Below, piece by piece: positions 49,281 to 59,332 of a stretch of DNA of 64,000 bases (the stretch's first letter is position 1; the number at the start of each line of letters is the position of its first letter). The stretch covers positions 100,339 through 164,338 of the forward strand of contig JBEIPA010000012.1 of assembly GCA_040377305.1 (NCBI GenBank), given 5' to 3'. Below the pieces are notes generated by a model. The model searched no databases and was not told the DNA's origin. It was given only the letters and a program-made list of their open reading frames with translations. The position numbers were made by a program, and so were the translations under genes. The DNA comes from Flavobacteriales bacterium. GTDB lineage: Bacteria; Bacteroidota; Bacteroidia; Palsa-965.

Positions 49281-50102
49281 TCAGGAGAAATATTTTTGGA
49301 TGATAGGTAGCAGAGTTTCGTGTATTGCCGGAGTTCCGCAGAGCAATTCTTTTTTGCCGATTACTTCATTTTCATTAGAGAAATCGGTGCAATAGCCGCC
49401 TGCTTCGGTGATAAGAATAATTCCTGCCGCAACATCCCAGGGAGCAAGTCCGTATTCATAAAATGCATCGAATCGACCGCAAGCTGTCCACGCCATATCG
49501 GTTGCTGCAGAACCCGGGCGACGAATCCCGCGTGATGAGCGCTGCAATTCTCCGAAGAGCGCAACGTACTTATCATGCATTCCAGCTTCCATGTAGGGAA
49601 AACCAGTTGCGAGTAAGGAACGTTTTAGCTCTTTGGTTTTAGAAACTTCAATGGCTTGTCCGTTCTTCCAGGCTCCGCCGTCTTTCCACGCATAGAAACA
49701 CTCGTCCATGTTGATTTCGTAAATCACTCCAAGAATCGGAGTCATGCCATCGGCCAGCGCAACACTCACTGCATAACACGGAACACCGTGAATGAAATTC
49801 GTTGTGCCATCGAGCGGATCAATAATCCAGTTGAAGCGTTTTCCTTTCGGACGATCAGAATTTTCCTCGGCAATAAATCCTGCTTCCGGAAAAATATGGG
49901 AAAGCTGTTTCACCAATTCGTCTTCCGCAGCACGATCAACAAACGAAACAAGGTTGTTGAAGTCTTTCTCTTCAACCTGGTTCGATTTGAAATTCTTTCG
50001 TTGCTCCTTGATAGCACGACCTACACGAATACAAGCGACCTGAACTTTTTCGCAAAGAAGCTCGAGATCAGGAAATCCTTTGTTGTCATCAAACAAATTC
50101 AT
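49281..50102 (-). CDS. Inositol monophosphatase family protein
   Basis: WIIDPLDGTTNFIHG matches the IMPase metal-binding motif. Confidence 0.8.
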   Translation of the reverse strand: MNLFDDNKGFPDLELLCEKVQVACIRVGRAIKEQRKNFKSNQVEEKDFNNLVSFVDRAAEDELVKQLSHIFPEAGFIAEENSDRPKGKRFNWIIDPLDGTTNFIHGVPCYAVSVALADGMTPILGVIYEINMDECFYAWKDGGAWKNGQAIEVSKTKELKRSLLATGFPYMEAGMHDKYVALFGELQRSSRGIRRPGSAATDMAWTACGRFDAFYEYGLAPWDVAAGIILITEAGGYCTDFSNENEVIGKKELLCGTPAIHETLLPIIQKYFS

Positions 50103-50116
50103 TGTTCAGTATGCAG

Positions 50117-51379
50117 TTAGCTGACAGGATTAGTGACTGGTTCTTCTGGTACAGCTTCCGTGTTTCGTTTTGCAGGTGGCGGATCTTGCTTTCGCTTCTT
50201 CGTCCAGATTGCGAGTGCAACACCGAGTGCGACCAAACCCAAGGCAATGAATTCCGCCTGGGTTACACGGAAGCCTCCGATGGTGAATAGTGTTGTGTTT
50301 ACACGAATCAATTCAATGGTGAAACGTTCAATTCCGTTGAAGATGAGATAAAGTGCGAACAATAAGCCCGGAGTAAGAATGCGTTTGCGCAAAGCCCAGA
50401 AAATTCCGAACAAGCCAATGCACATGATTGCTTCGTAAAGTGGAGTAGGGAACACGGGCTCAACCAAGCGAATGTTCTCCGGTTCTGTAAACATCATTTT
50501 GAGTTGCCATTCAGCGCCTTGGTATTTCGGATCAAGGTCATTCGGAATCATTGTTCCGTTTACGTTGTTTGGATAATCGTATTTCCAGAACCAATCCGGA
50601 GCCCAACTGAGCCAGCCTGGTTTCTCCGCATTGTTAACGATACCCCAGTCTCCATCTCCCGAAACCTGGCAGCCTAAACGGCCAACACCGTAGGCAAGAA
50701 ACAATCCCGGAGCGCAGGCGTCAATGACATGCAGAATATTCATTCCTTTTTTTCTTGCGAAGACAATCACCGCGATACTTCCGCAGATCAATCCGCCATA
50801 CATGGTGAGTCCGGAAAATGAGAACAACATGCTTCCCGGATTTTCAAGGAAGCTTCCGAAGTTTTCAAGAATGTGAAACACCTTTGCACCTGCGAATCCG
50901 AACAACGCAGCAATCAATGTCATGGATCCAACGTGTTCTGCCGCTGTAATTTCTATTTGTTTCTCTTCCGGTTTTTTCTTTGCTACACGCTGATTGCGCA
51001 AATAGAAATAAACATAGAAAGCAACGGCCGTTATGATGCCCCAAATGAGACTTCCTTGTGGAGATAGTGTCCAGCCTCGTGGATCTTCCGCAAAGTTGTC
51101 GTAGTCGACAAATGATCCGATAAGTTTCCATCCCAGTAAGAAGCCGAGAACACATTGAGAAAGGATTTCACCTTGCGTGTACGGTACGTTGATCTGAACC
51201 GTCTTGTGTGAAAGTGGCAGAAATCCTTCACGCGACTTTCTTCTCAGTTCGCGTCCAAAGAAAAATGCGCACAATAGGAAGGAGATTGCGACGAAGAATC
51301 CAAAGCTTTGCAGGAGTTTGAGGTGAATGATATCCCACCCGAACAAATCTTTTACTGCATCATAAATGGTTGCGTACAT
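50117..51379 (-). CDS. lgt: Prolipoprotein diacylglyceryl transferase with a C-terminal extension.
   Basis: Polytopic membrane protein. The Lgt signature-like motifs are MYGGLICG, VFPTPLYEA and NGIERFTIELIR. Confidence 0.7.
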   Translation of the reverse strand: MYATIYDAVKDLFGWDIIHLKLLQSFGFFVAISFLLCAFFFGRELRRKSREGFLPLSHKTVQINVPYTQGEILSQCVLGFLLGWKLIGSFVDYDNFAEDPRGWTLSPQGSLIWGIITAVAFYVYFYLRNQRVAKKKPEEKQIEITAAEHVGSMTLIAALFGFAGAKVFHILENFGSFLENPGSMLFSFSGLTMYGGLICGSIAVIVFARKKGMNILHVIDACAPGLFLAYGVGRLGCQVSGDGDWGIVNNAEKPGWLSWAPDWFWKYDYPNNVNGTMIPNDLDPKYQGAEWQLKMMFTEPENIRLVEPVFPTPLYEAIMCIGLFGIFWALRKRILTPGLLFALYLIFNGIERFTIELIRVNTTLFTIGGFRVTQAEFIALGLVALGVALAIWTKKRKQDPPPAKRNTEAVPEEPVTNPVS

Positions 51380-51388
51380 AAATGCGTT

Positions 51389-52783
51389 TTAAGCCATCGC
51401 TTCCACTTCAGAAACGACGGTTTTGTCATCCCGATAGCTATCGGGATGAGCGTGGTCGAATGCTGATAAGGCCATGGGTGCGGAAGTATAAATATTTTCT
51501 GCGGAGAGATTCTCCAATGTAAATTCGGTCAATTGATTTACTAAAGCAGTGTCGTATGGAACAGACACACGGATGTAATTGTCGGTATATCCAAACATCA
51601 TCCCGTTCTTGTTTTCTTCTTCAAACAAAACGGTGCGCGTTGTTCCCTGAAACTGATTGTAAAATGCACGCAGTTTCTTCACAGAAAGTGTTCGCAACAT
51701 TTTATTTCTCTTCTTTCGTTCTGCAATAGGAACAACGCCTTCGAGCGTAATTGCATCTGTATTGTCGCGCTCTGAATAAGTGAACACATGCAGGTAAGAA
51801 ATATCCAGTTCGTTCAGAAAGTTGTACGTGTCAAGGAAATCTTCTTCTGTTTCTCCCGGGAAGCCAACAATTACATCAACGCCAATACAACAATGGGGCA
51901 TGAGCGATTTAATTGTTGCCACACGTTCGACATACAATTCGCGCAAGTAACGGCGACGCATGGCTTTCAGCATTTTGTTCGAGCCTGATTGCAGCGGAAT
52001 ATGAAAATGTGGAACGAATTTGTTTGACATCGAAACAAACGCTATGATCTCATTGGTCAGCAAATTCGGTTCTATGGAAGAAATCCGGAAACGTTCAATT
52101 CCTTCAACCTGATCCAGTTCCTGAATGAGTTCGAAGAAATTCTCTTCACGCGTTTTTCCTCCGTGCAGTCCTTTTCCGAAGTCGCCGAGATTAACTCCCG
52201 TGAGTACAACTTCTTTTGCACCGGCTTCTGCAATCTTAAATGCGTTGGCAATCACATTCTGAACACTGTCTGAACGACTTTTCCCTCTCGCGAGAGGAAT
52301 AGTACAAAAGCTGCACGTATAATCGCAACCATCCTGCACTTTAAGGAATGTGCGTGTGCGATCGCCCGAGGACCATGCACTCACGAATGTATCTGCATCA
52401 GCAACATCGCAGGAATGAACGAAAGCGTGTTCTGCTTTTCCTTGTAATTGATCGACGTACTGCGGAATGTTGAATTTTTCTGTCGCACCGAGCACGAGAT
52501 CTACTCCCGGAATTGCTGCGATTTCTTGTGGCTTGAGCTGAGCGTAGCATCCAATAATTGCAACACAAGCTTCGGGAGAAACCGCTAAGGCATCACGAAC
52601 GATTTTGCGGCACTCGCGGTCTGCATTTTCAGTTACCGAGCAGGTGTTGATCACGAACAAATCGGCTCCTTCATGAAACTCCTTGCGCGCATAGCCATTT
52701 TCCTTCAGTTGACGGGCAATTGCCGACGTTTCTGAGAAGTTGAGCTTGCAGCCGAGGGTGTGGAAGGCGACGGTTCGGGACAT
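51389..52783 (-). CDS. mtaB: Radical-SAM methylthiotransferase, MtaB-like (tRNA t6A37 methylthiotransferase).
   Basis: From the internal ATG: MSRTVAFHTLGCKLNF. Radical SAM CDYTCSFC. The TRAM-like C-terminus is present. The ORF-track TTG start would translate a dispersed repeat. Confidence 0.8.
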   Translation of the reverse strand: MSRTVAFHTLGCKLNFSETSAIARQLKENGYARKEFHEGADLFVINTCSVTENADRECRKIVRDALAVSPEACVAIIGCYAQLKPQEIAAIPGVDLVLGATEKFNIPQYVDQLQGKAEHAFVHSCDVADADTFVSAWSSGDRTRTFLKVQDGCDYTCSFCTIPLARGKSRSDSVQNVIANAFKIAEAGAKEVVLTGVNLGDFGKGLHGGKTREENFFELIQELDQVEGIERFRISSIEPNLLTNEIIAFVSMSNKFVPHFHIPLQSGSNKMLKAMRRRYLRELYVERVATIKSLMPHCCIGVDVIVGFPGETEEDFLDTYNFLNELDISYLHVFTYSERDNTDAITLEGVVPIAERKKRNKMLRTLSVKKLRAFYNQFQGTTRTVLFEEENKNGMMFGYTDNYIRVSVPYDTALVNQLTEFTLENLSAENIYTSAPMALSAFDHAHPDSYRDDKTVVSEVEAMA

Positions 52784-52802
52784 GAGGCGCAAAGATACTA
52801 AA

Positions 52803-52955
52803 CAGTAGGCAGTTGGGCAGTAGTGCAGTTGGCAGTATATAGTGAGATTCGTTAGAAAATGTGAAGGTTTCAATCGAATCGGTCAGATCCGTGAGGACAA
52901 CATTTTTTGACTGCCAACTGCCCTACTGCTTACTGCCTACTGATGTTGAAAACCG
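52803..52955. repeat. Inverted pair of the dispersed ctgcctactgc-family repeat, ~34-bp arms with a ~80-bp spacer.
   Basis: cagtaggcagttgggcagtagtgcagttggcagt ... gactgccaactgccctactgcttactgcctactgatg. Confidence 0.6.
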
Positions 52956-53086
52956 TGTTCAAAACCACACTTTTCATTCCAGATACCGCCCTTCGATTCT
53001 ACCTAAACTTGTTCAACAATAAGTTTCTTAGGAATTCCAGTCGTAACAGTCAGGATTCGTGAATTAAAAAGATGAAAATAATTACA

Positions 53087-54739
53087 ATGAGTAAACTGTA
53101 TTTTCTCCCTGTGGTTTTGGTGGTTTCGGTGTCTGTGTATTTTGCATCGTGTGGTGGTGGAGAATCAAAGCATCACGACACGAGTCAGGTATTTCGTTTC
53201 AATGAACTGGGCGACGTAACTTCTCTCGATCCTGCAATGTCGGGTTCGTTTGAGAACAACTGGGCGGTGAATCAGCTTTTTAACGGATTGGTTGAGATGG
53301 ATGCAAATCTTGAAGTGCATCCTTGCATAGCAAAGTCATGGTCGATCAGTGACGATGGTTTGACGTATACGTTCTCATTGAATCAGAACATTTATTTCCA
53401 CGACGATCCGCAATTCCCCAACGGAAAAGGTCGCACGGTAACCGCTTCTGATTTTGTGTATAGTTTCAGTCGTTTGTTTGATGCAACTGTTTCGAATGCG
53501 TCGACACTCATGGATGCATTTGCAGAAAAAAATAGTTCGTTCGATCATGGAATGGAAGCACCGAATGATTCAACGCTGGTGATTCATCTTGAATATCCGT
53601 TCAAGCCATTCATCGGGATTCTCACCATGAAGTATTTTTCTGTTGTTCCGAAAGAAGTGGTTCAGTTTTACGGACAGGATTTCGATGTTCACCCAATTGG
53701 AACAGGTCCGTTCAAGCTGAAGAACTGGGAAGATGAAACACGACTTGATCTGGAGAGAAATCCGAATTACTTCAAGAAGGATGAGCAGGGAAATCAGTTG
53801 CCATATCTCGATATTGTTTCGGTGACTTTCATTGAAGACGCTGATGCTGCATTCCTGCAATTGCTTTCCGGCGATCTGGATATGCTTTCCGGTGTCGACG
53901 CAATCAACAAAGAGAAAACCTTGAAGTCGGATGGAACTTTGTCGGATGATCTCCAGGATAAATTTGTTTTGCAAAGTGCACCTTTCCTGAAGACAGATTA
54001 CATCGGCATCAATGTCGATCCGGCATACACCGGTAAAACGAGTCCGTTGCAGAATAAACTCGTTCGTCAGGCAATCAACTACGCCATCAATCGCGATCAG
54101 ATTGTGCGTTACCGCCGAAACAATTTGGGAACACCTGCAACTCAGGGATTCACTCCGCCGAGTATGCATGCGTTCGATGCTTCTTTACTGAAAGGATACA
54201 AATACGATCCGGACAAAGCGCGCGAGTTGCTCGAGATGGCAAACTTCCCCGGTGGAAAAGGATTGCCAACGATCAAACTCAGTATTGCTGCGAGTTATGC
54301 GGATATCGCTGATGAAATTGTGCACCAGCTCAATGAACTCGGAATTCCAGCCGAAGTAGAATTGATGGATGCAGGCTCGCTCACCACAGAAGTTGCAGAA
54401 GGACGCATCATGGCTTTTCGTAAATCGTGGATTGGCGATTACCCTGATCCGGAGAACTTCATGTCGCTTTTCTACAGCAAACATTGGTCGCCTGCCGGAG
54501 TAAATTACACGCATTTCTCCAGCACCGAATTCGATCGTTTGTACGAAAAGTGTCTCTCTGAGCAAAGTGATTCTGTCCGCAGCGATCTTTTTCTGCGTAT
54601 GGAGCAAATTCTCGTTGAAGAAGCTCCAGTTGTTCCTTTGTATTACGATCAGGTTGTGCGACTTGTAGCGAAAAATGTGACTGGATTGGCTGTAGATCCG
54701 ATGAATCTAATTAATCTGGAACGGGTTAAGAAAAATTGA
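53087..54739 (+). CDS. ABC transporter substrate-binding lipoprotein, family 5 (peptide/oligopeptide type).
   Basis: The internal ATG gives MSKLYFLPVVLVVSVSVYFASCGG, a lipobox. Length and conservation fit SBP_bac_5. Confidence 0.75.
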   Translation: MSKLYFLPVVLVVSVSVYFASCGGGESKHHDTSQVFRFNELGDVTSLDPAMSGSFENNWAVNQLFNGLVEMDANLEVHPCIAKSWSISDDGLTYTFSLNQNIYFHDDPQFPNGKGRTVTASDFVYSFSRLFDATVSNASTLMDAFAEKNSSFDHGMEAPNDSTLVIHLEYPFKPFIGILTMKYFSVVPKEVVQFYGQDFDVHPIGTGPFKLKNWEDETRLDLERNPNYFKKDEQGNQLPYLDIVSVTFIEDADAAFLQLLSGDLDMLSGVDAINKEKTLKSDGTLSDDLQDKFVLQSAPFLKTDYIGINVDPAYTGKTSPLQNKLVRQAINYAINRDQIVRYRRNNLGTPATQGFTPPSMHAFDASLLKGYKYDPDKARELLEMANFPGGKGLPTIKLSIAASYADIADEIVHQLNELGIPAEVELMDAGSLTTEVAEGRIMAFRKSWIGDYPDPENFMSLFYSKHWSPAGVNYTHFSSTEFDRLYEKCLSEQSDSVRSDLFLRMEQILVEEAPVVPLYYDQVVRLVAKNVTGLAVDPMNLINLERVKKN

Positions 54740-54814
54740 TTTCTAATCTGCGAAATCTGCGCATCTGCGGCGGATAGAAGCCATGATCTTTAGGGAAAAG
54801 GTGTAAATTTCAGT

Positions 54815-55324
54815 ATGCGTTGGCTAATAATTTTTGTTTTGGGCATGTGGTGTGTCAATGCACATGGGGTCGAACTTTCTATTTCTGTAAATAGTTCGGG
54901 AGAAACAAAATCATGTGTTACAGGTCGCTTTCACGGCATTCTCATTGTCCAACAATTTCGTTGGTTGGAATGGCGGAATGTTGATACGGTTGGAATTAAT
55001 CAACAGTGGAGTGACAGTTGTATTTTGGGTACCGTATTTCTGCATAGTGGAGAAAATCAAATTCGATTAGTGGGGATTCCAACCAACCCATATATGGAAT
55101 CGTACAAATCAGCTATCTCTGCAATAACGACTTCCACTGTTTGCAACTTTGATGGCAAATGCAACCACATCGGATTTACAGTCAAGACAATCTGGGAGAT
55201 AAGAGACCAGGACGGTGTTCTATTGAGAACAGGATTCTCCAGTATCGTGAATACAGACGGACTGCCAAAAGGCGGATACTTCTTGTATTATGACAACAAG
55301 CGTTCAGAGTTCTTCAAGCAGTAG
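54815..55324 (+). CDS. Hypothetical secreted protein of 169 aa
   Basis: The N-terminal hydrophobic segment MRWLIIFVLGMWCVNAHG looks like a signal. No domain recognised. Confidence 0.35.
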   Translation: MRWLIIFVLGMWCVNAHGVELSISVNSSGETKSCVTGRFHGILIVQQFRWLEWRNVDTVGINQQWSDSCILGTVFLHSGENQIRLVGIPTNPYMESYKSAISAITTSTVCNFDGKCNHIGFTVKTIWEIRDQDGVLLRTGFSSIVNTDGLPKGGYFLYYDNKRSEFFKQ

Positions 55325-55530
55325 TAATTCGTTCAAAACCCGTGAAAACTCACCTTTTTCGGCGGTGGATAATCACTCCAAAACCCTATTTTTGATCTCC
55401 TTAAATCAGCCCTCGGTACGTCTGAAATCCTGAAGCAAGAAATTGTTTCTGACTACTCGGTCTGACAATGGAGAATCAAAAATTGAGAGCCACAAATCAT
55501 AACTATTAAATCTTAAATCATAATTGTACC

Positions 55531-56415
55531 ATGGGCGTTTTAGTCGGCAAAAATTCGAAAGTAATTGTACAAGGTTTCACTGGAACTGAAGGTACTTTTC
55601 ACGCAACTCAGATGATTGAGTTCGGAACTAATGTTGTTGGTGGTGTTACACCGGGCAAAAGCGGACAAACGCATTTGGATCGTCCTGTGTTCAACACAGT
55701 TGCTGATGCAGTTGCGAAAACTGGCGCTGATGTTTCTATCATTTTCGTTCCACCGGCTTTTGCTGCTGACGGAATTATGGAAGCTGCGAACGCTGGAATC
55801 AAAGTGATTGTTTGTATCACGGAAGGAATTCCTGTGAAAGACATGGTGCAGGTGAAAGAATACCTGAAAGGTCGTGAGTGCCGCTTGATCGGACCGAACT
55901 GCCCGGGTGTTATTACTGCAGACGAAGCGAAAGTTGGTATTATGCCAGGATTCGTTTTCAAAAAAGGAAATATCGGAATCGTGTCGAAGTCGGGCACGTT
56001 GACATACGAAGCAGCTGACCAGATTGTGAAAGCTGGATTGGGAGTTACAACTGCAATCGGAATCGGTGGAGATCCTATTATCGGAACAACAACGAAAGAA
56101 GCAGTTGAATTGCTGATGAACGATCCGGAGACACACGGAATTGTGATGATCGGTGAGATCGGTGGCGGACTCGAAGCAGAAGCGGCTCGTTGGATCAAGG
56201 CAAACGGAAATAAGAAGCCGGTTGTTGGATTCATCGCAGGCAAAACAGCTCCGAAAGGAAGAACAATGGGTCACGCCGGAGCAATCGTTGGTGGTGCAGA
56301 AGATACAGCAGATGCTAAAATGGCAATCCTGCGTGAGTGCGGAATTCACGTTGTGGATTCACCAGCTACTATTGGGAAGACCATGGCGAAAGTGCTTGGG
56401 AAAGTAACTGCTTAG
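55531..56415 (+). CDS. sucD: Succinate--CoA ligase subunit alpha
   Basis: [48 protein letters not shown] is the canonical SucD N-terminus. Confidence 0.9.
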   Translation: MGVLVGKNSKVIVQGFTGTEGTFHATQMIEFGTNVVGGVTPGKSGQTHLDRPVFNTVADAVAKTGADVSIIFVPPAFAADGIMEAANAGIKVIVCITEGIPVKDMVQVKEYLKGRECRLIGPNCPGVITADEAKVGIMPGFVFKKGNIGIVSKSGTLTYEAADQIVKAGLGVTTAIGIGGDPIIGTTTKEAVELLMNDPETHGIVMIGEIGGGLEAEAARWIKANGNKKPVVGFIAGKTAPKGRTMGHAGAIVGGAEDTADAKMAILRECGIHVVDSPATIGKTMAKVLGKVTA

Positions 56416-56467
56416 ATCAACTCAAGATTTATTTGAAGCCTGACTGCGAAAGTAGTTGGGTTTTTTT

Positions 56468-56522
56468 GTTCCGCCTCCGGCGGTTTGCCACAGATTCGCA
56501 GATTACGCTGATGGCTCAGATT
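56468..56522. repeat. Left inverted-repeat arm of the lipoprotein cassette (37 bp perfect match, 55 bp counting the extension).
   Basis: gttccgcctccggcggtttgccacagattcgcagatt, then acgctgatggctcagatt. It contains the ccgcc-tcc-ggcgg hairpin, which may double as a weak sucD terminator. Confidence 0.75.
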
Positions 56523-56523
56523 T

Positions 56524-56922
56524 TTATTTTCCTTTCTGAAGTATTCTTTCCAGCGATTGTTCCTCAGTCAGATAAACAATTGAATCCATTTCGGAGACAC
56601 TGACAACATAAACGGATGTATCATTCTTACCATAAAAATTCAGATACTGGCCTCCGCATGTACGTATCGAATCTTCAAGTCTAAATGCCCATAGAGCGCC
56701 TTGTGCATTGGCTTTTTTGCTGGTTATCTTAATGGATTTCGGGTAGAGTGATTCTAGGTAAGTGCAACTTGTTCCGGTCCACACGACTGAATCCAGATTT
56801 GAAATATCATAGTCTGTGTAGTATTCAGGAGAGATCGATGGACTGCAGTGGTGTTTATTTTCCGATGTCGGATCACCACACGCGATAGCTGCAAAAATTA
56901 ACAGAAGGAAAAAGTATCGCAT
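56524..56922 (-). CDS. Hypothetical small lipoprotein of 132 aa, bracketed by the 46-bp inverted repeats.
   Basis: Signal plus lipobox AIACGDPTS. Cys-containing. Confidence 0.45.
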   Translation of the reverse strand: MRYFFLLLIFAAIACGDPTSENKHHCSPSISPEYYTDYDISNLDSVVWTGTSCTYLESLYPKSIKITSKKANAQGALWAFRLEDSIRTCGGQYLNFYGKNDTSVYVVSVSEMDSIVYLTEEQSLERILQKGK

Positions 56923-56971
56923 TGAACTTGCCTTTCGTTAAAGTTAGTAATTCACAAATCATAATTAGCGC

Positions 56972-57017
56972 AATCTGAGCAATCTGCGAATCTGTGGCAA
57001 ACCGCCGGAGGCGGAAC
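56972..57017. repeat. Right inverted-repeat arm of the lipoprotein cassette.
   Basis: aatctgagcaatctgcgaatctgtggcaaaccgccggaggcggaac is the reverse complement of the left arm except for a 9-bp indel. It is built of tandem aatctgNgN 9-mers. Confidence 0.75.
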
Positions 57018-57103
57018 AAAGCCTCGATCTTGACTAAAAATTTTAGTTTTCCAAGCACGCCACTTTTTTGCAGTCTACTTTTGTAACATCAACTACGAAA
57101 GTT

Positions 57104-58759
57104 ATGCTCGCTTCACTCCATATCCAGAATTACGCCCTCATCGATTCAGCAGAAATTGAACTCGGTCCGGGCCTGACAATTATCACCGGCGAAACAGGTG
57201 CAGGAAAATCCATTCTGCTCGGCGCACTCGGATTGCTACTCGGTGATCGTGCTGATTCTTCATTGCTGTTCGATAAATCGCGCAAGTGCGTAGTGGAAGG
57301 AAAGTTCACGGTCGGGAAATTCGGACTGAAGAAATTCTTCGAGGACAATGATCTCGATTACTCCGATGAAACGATTATTCGTCGCGAATTTACTTCTGAG
57401 GGAAAATCACGTGCGTTTGTGAACGACACACCGGTAACGATTTCTTTCCTGAAACAGATTTCTCCACGCTTGCTTGATGTGCATTCTCAGCATGAAACAT
57501 TGACGCTGACGAATTCCAATTTCCAGCTTTCTGCCTTGGATGCAATAGCAGGAAACGACAAACTGAATGTCGAATACAGCGAACGTTTCAAGCGTTACAA
57601 GAAATCGCTTTCTGCACTGGAAGCTTTGAAGGATATCGAAGCGCAGTCGAAGAAAGATCTCGATTACTTCACATTCCAGTTTGAGGAGCTTGACACAATG
57701 CAACTCAAAGAACTCGAGCAGGATGAACTGGAATCGGAACTCAAGACGCTTGAGAATGCAGAAACCATCAAGAGCGGACTGGCAAAATCGTTTGGAGCGC
57801 TGAATGGAGGCGAAGAGAATCTGGTTGCAGGAATTAACGCGGTGAAGATTTCCATGAATCAGCTTTCGAAGTACAATCCGAAAGTGGCGGCGCTTTCCGG
57901 GCGACTCAACAGTGTGTTGATAGAACTGCAGGACATCTCTGCCGAAACCGAACAGCTCGAAGAAGAAATTGTGTACGACCCGAAGCGCATTGCATTGGTG
58001 AACGAGCGTCTCGATGCGATTTACCGTTTGCAGCAGAAGCACGGTGTGAGTACAATCACCGAACTTATTGTTTTGTGCGATGAACTGCGTGAGAAGATTG
58101 ATTCCATTGCTTCTCTCGACGCGCAATTGATCTTCGCAGAGAAAGAACTGAATGAATCACTCGTTCTGGTGCGCGAAACAGGGGAGAAGCTCACAGCAAA
58201 ACGGGAAGAGTCGGCACCAAAGCTGTCGAAGGAAATCAAGGCTATGCTTGGTGAACTCGGAATGCCGGCTGCTCAGTTGAAAGTGGAAATGGAAACAACT
58301 GCAGATCCGCTTAATTCCGGATTCGACAAAGTTCAGTTCATGTTCACTGCAAATAAAGGTTCGGACTTGCAGCCAATTAGTAAAGTTGCCTCGGGCGGAG
58401 AGTTGTCGAGACTGATGTTGTCACTGAAAGCTATGCTCTCGAAAGGAGCTTCCCTGCCAACCATCATATTCGACGAAATCGACACAGGAATATCGGGCGA
58501 CATCGCCGCGAAAGCCGGTGGCATCATGCACAAGATGGGCGCGAACATGCAAGTGATTACGATCACACATTTACCTCAGGTTGCAAGCAAAGGCGACACA
58601 CATCTGTTCGTGTATAAGGAAGAAGTCGGCAAGAAAACAGTGAGTTGCATCAAACAATTGACCGACAAGCAACGCATTGAAGAAATCGCGAAGATGTTGA
58701 GTGCAGGGAAACCGGGAGAGGCGGCGAGGGAGAATGCGAAGGAGTTGTTGTCGAATTGA
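57104..58759 (+). CDS. recN: DNA repair protein RecN
   Basis: From the internal ATG: MLASLHIQNYALIDSAEIELGPGLTIITGETGAGKSIL. The SMC-like coiled coil is present, with a C-terminal signature and Walker B. Confidence 0.9.
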   Translation: MLASLHIQNYALIDSAEIELGPGLTIITGETGAGKSILLGALGLLLGDRADSSLLFDKSRKCVVEGKFTVGKFGLKKFFEDNDLDYSDETIIRREFTSEGKSRAFVNDTPVTISFLKQISPRLLDVHSQHETLTLTNSNFQLSALDAIAGNDKLNVEYSERFKRYKKSLSALEALKDIEAQSKKDLDYFTFQFEELDTMQLKELEQDELESELKTLENAETIKSGLAKSFGALNGGEENLVAGINAVKISMNQLSKYNPKVAALSGRLNSVLIELQDISAETEQLEEEIVYDPKRIALVNERLDAIYRLQQKHGVSTITELIVLCDELREKIDSIASLDAQLIFAEKELNESLVLVRETGEKLTAKREESAPKLSKEIKAMLGELGMPAAQLKVEMETTADPLNSGFDKVQFMFTANKGSDLQPISKVASGGELSRLMLSLKAMLSKGASLPTIIFDEIDTGISGDIAAKAGGIMHKMGANMQVITITHLPQVASKGDTHLFVYKEEVGKKTVSCIKQLTDKQRIEEIAKMLSAGKPGEAARENAKELLSN

Positions 58760-58786
58760 ATTTACTAAAAGTGGCGACTTTTAAAT

Positions 58787-59332
58787 TCAATATTTGGCTG
58801 CAACTGAATCTTGATTCGCATAGTTGATCAACATTTTAGTGACAGTCTCTGATTTTGAGCCAGCTCCGATAGAAGTCATCTTGTAGGTTGCAAATTCCTC
58901 TTTGGTCATTATGTTTTTATAGCCAAATGTTTTGCGATAGTCTTCGGCTATATTGACAACTCGCCTCTGGCACTTCACAGGAATAGAATCATGAAGGAAA
59001 ATCGAGTCTTTAGTGATTTGTTTCTGTCTCCGTTTAGGATCGGCTAAGTCTTTAGCACTGTTGCTTTTTGTTTTGCTTTTAATTTCCTCCTGAACTTTAT
59101 TGGTCCCCTTAATCACCTCCTGCGTTCTCTTGTCGGCTTCTTTTTCATTTGGAGTTTGACTCCTCGAGGTTTCAAGCTGCTGTTGTGCCTTTTCCTGATC
59201 CTTAATACAACGCTGATTTCCGTGTTGGACAGAATCAAGATTGTAGATGGCTACTACGTCACTTTTGTTACTCTCAGTATATGCAGCGCCACAGATGATA
59301 GTAACGAATAAAATTGGGATCAGTTGTTTCAT
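58787..59332 (-). CDS. Hypothetical secreted protein of 181 aa
   Basis: Signal peptide. A charged central region rich in Lys and Glu. Confidence 0.4.
   Translation of the reverse strand: MKQLIPILFVTIICGAAYTESNKSDVVAIYNLDSVQHGNQRCIKDQEKAQQQLETSRSQTPNEKEADKRTQEVIKGTNKVQEEIKSKTKSNSAKDLADPKRRQKQITKDSIFLHDSIPVKCQRRVVNIAEDYRKTFGYKNIMTKEEFATYKMTSIGAGSKSETVTKMLINYANQDSVAAKY

Noticed and set aside
52784-52873. TTG-initiated extension of mtaB (MKPSHFLTNLTIYCQLHYCPTAYC...).
   Set aside because: The extension translates a copy of the ctgcctactgc dispersed repeat. The ATG at 52783 gives the canonical MtaB start.
55540-56349. Long antisense ORFs inside sucD (55540..56349, 55608..56243). Similar cases are 57407..58126 in recN, 31093..31575 in flotillin, 35583..36158, and 53570..54169 in the SBP gene.
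   Set aside because: They are opposite to strongly supported genes and have low-complexity translations. This is the typical GC-skewed antisense open frame.
56337-57058. ORFs 56337..56603 (+) and 56873..57058 (-) sharing the peptide FRLRRFATDSQI.
   Set aside because: The shared peptide is caused by the 46-bp inverted repeat being read on opposite strands. It overlaps the sucD 3' end and terminator region.
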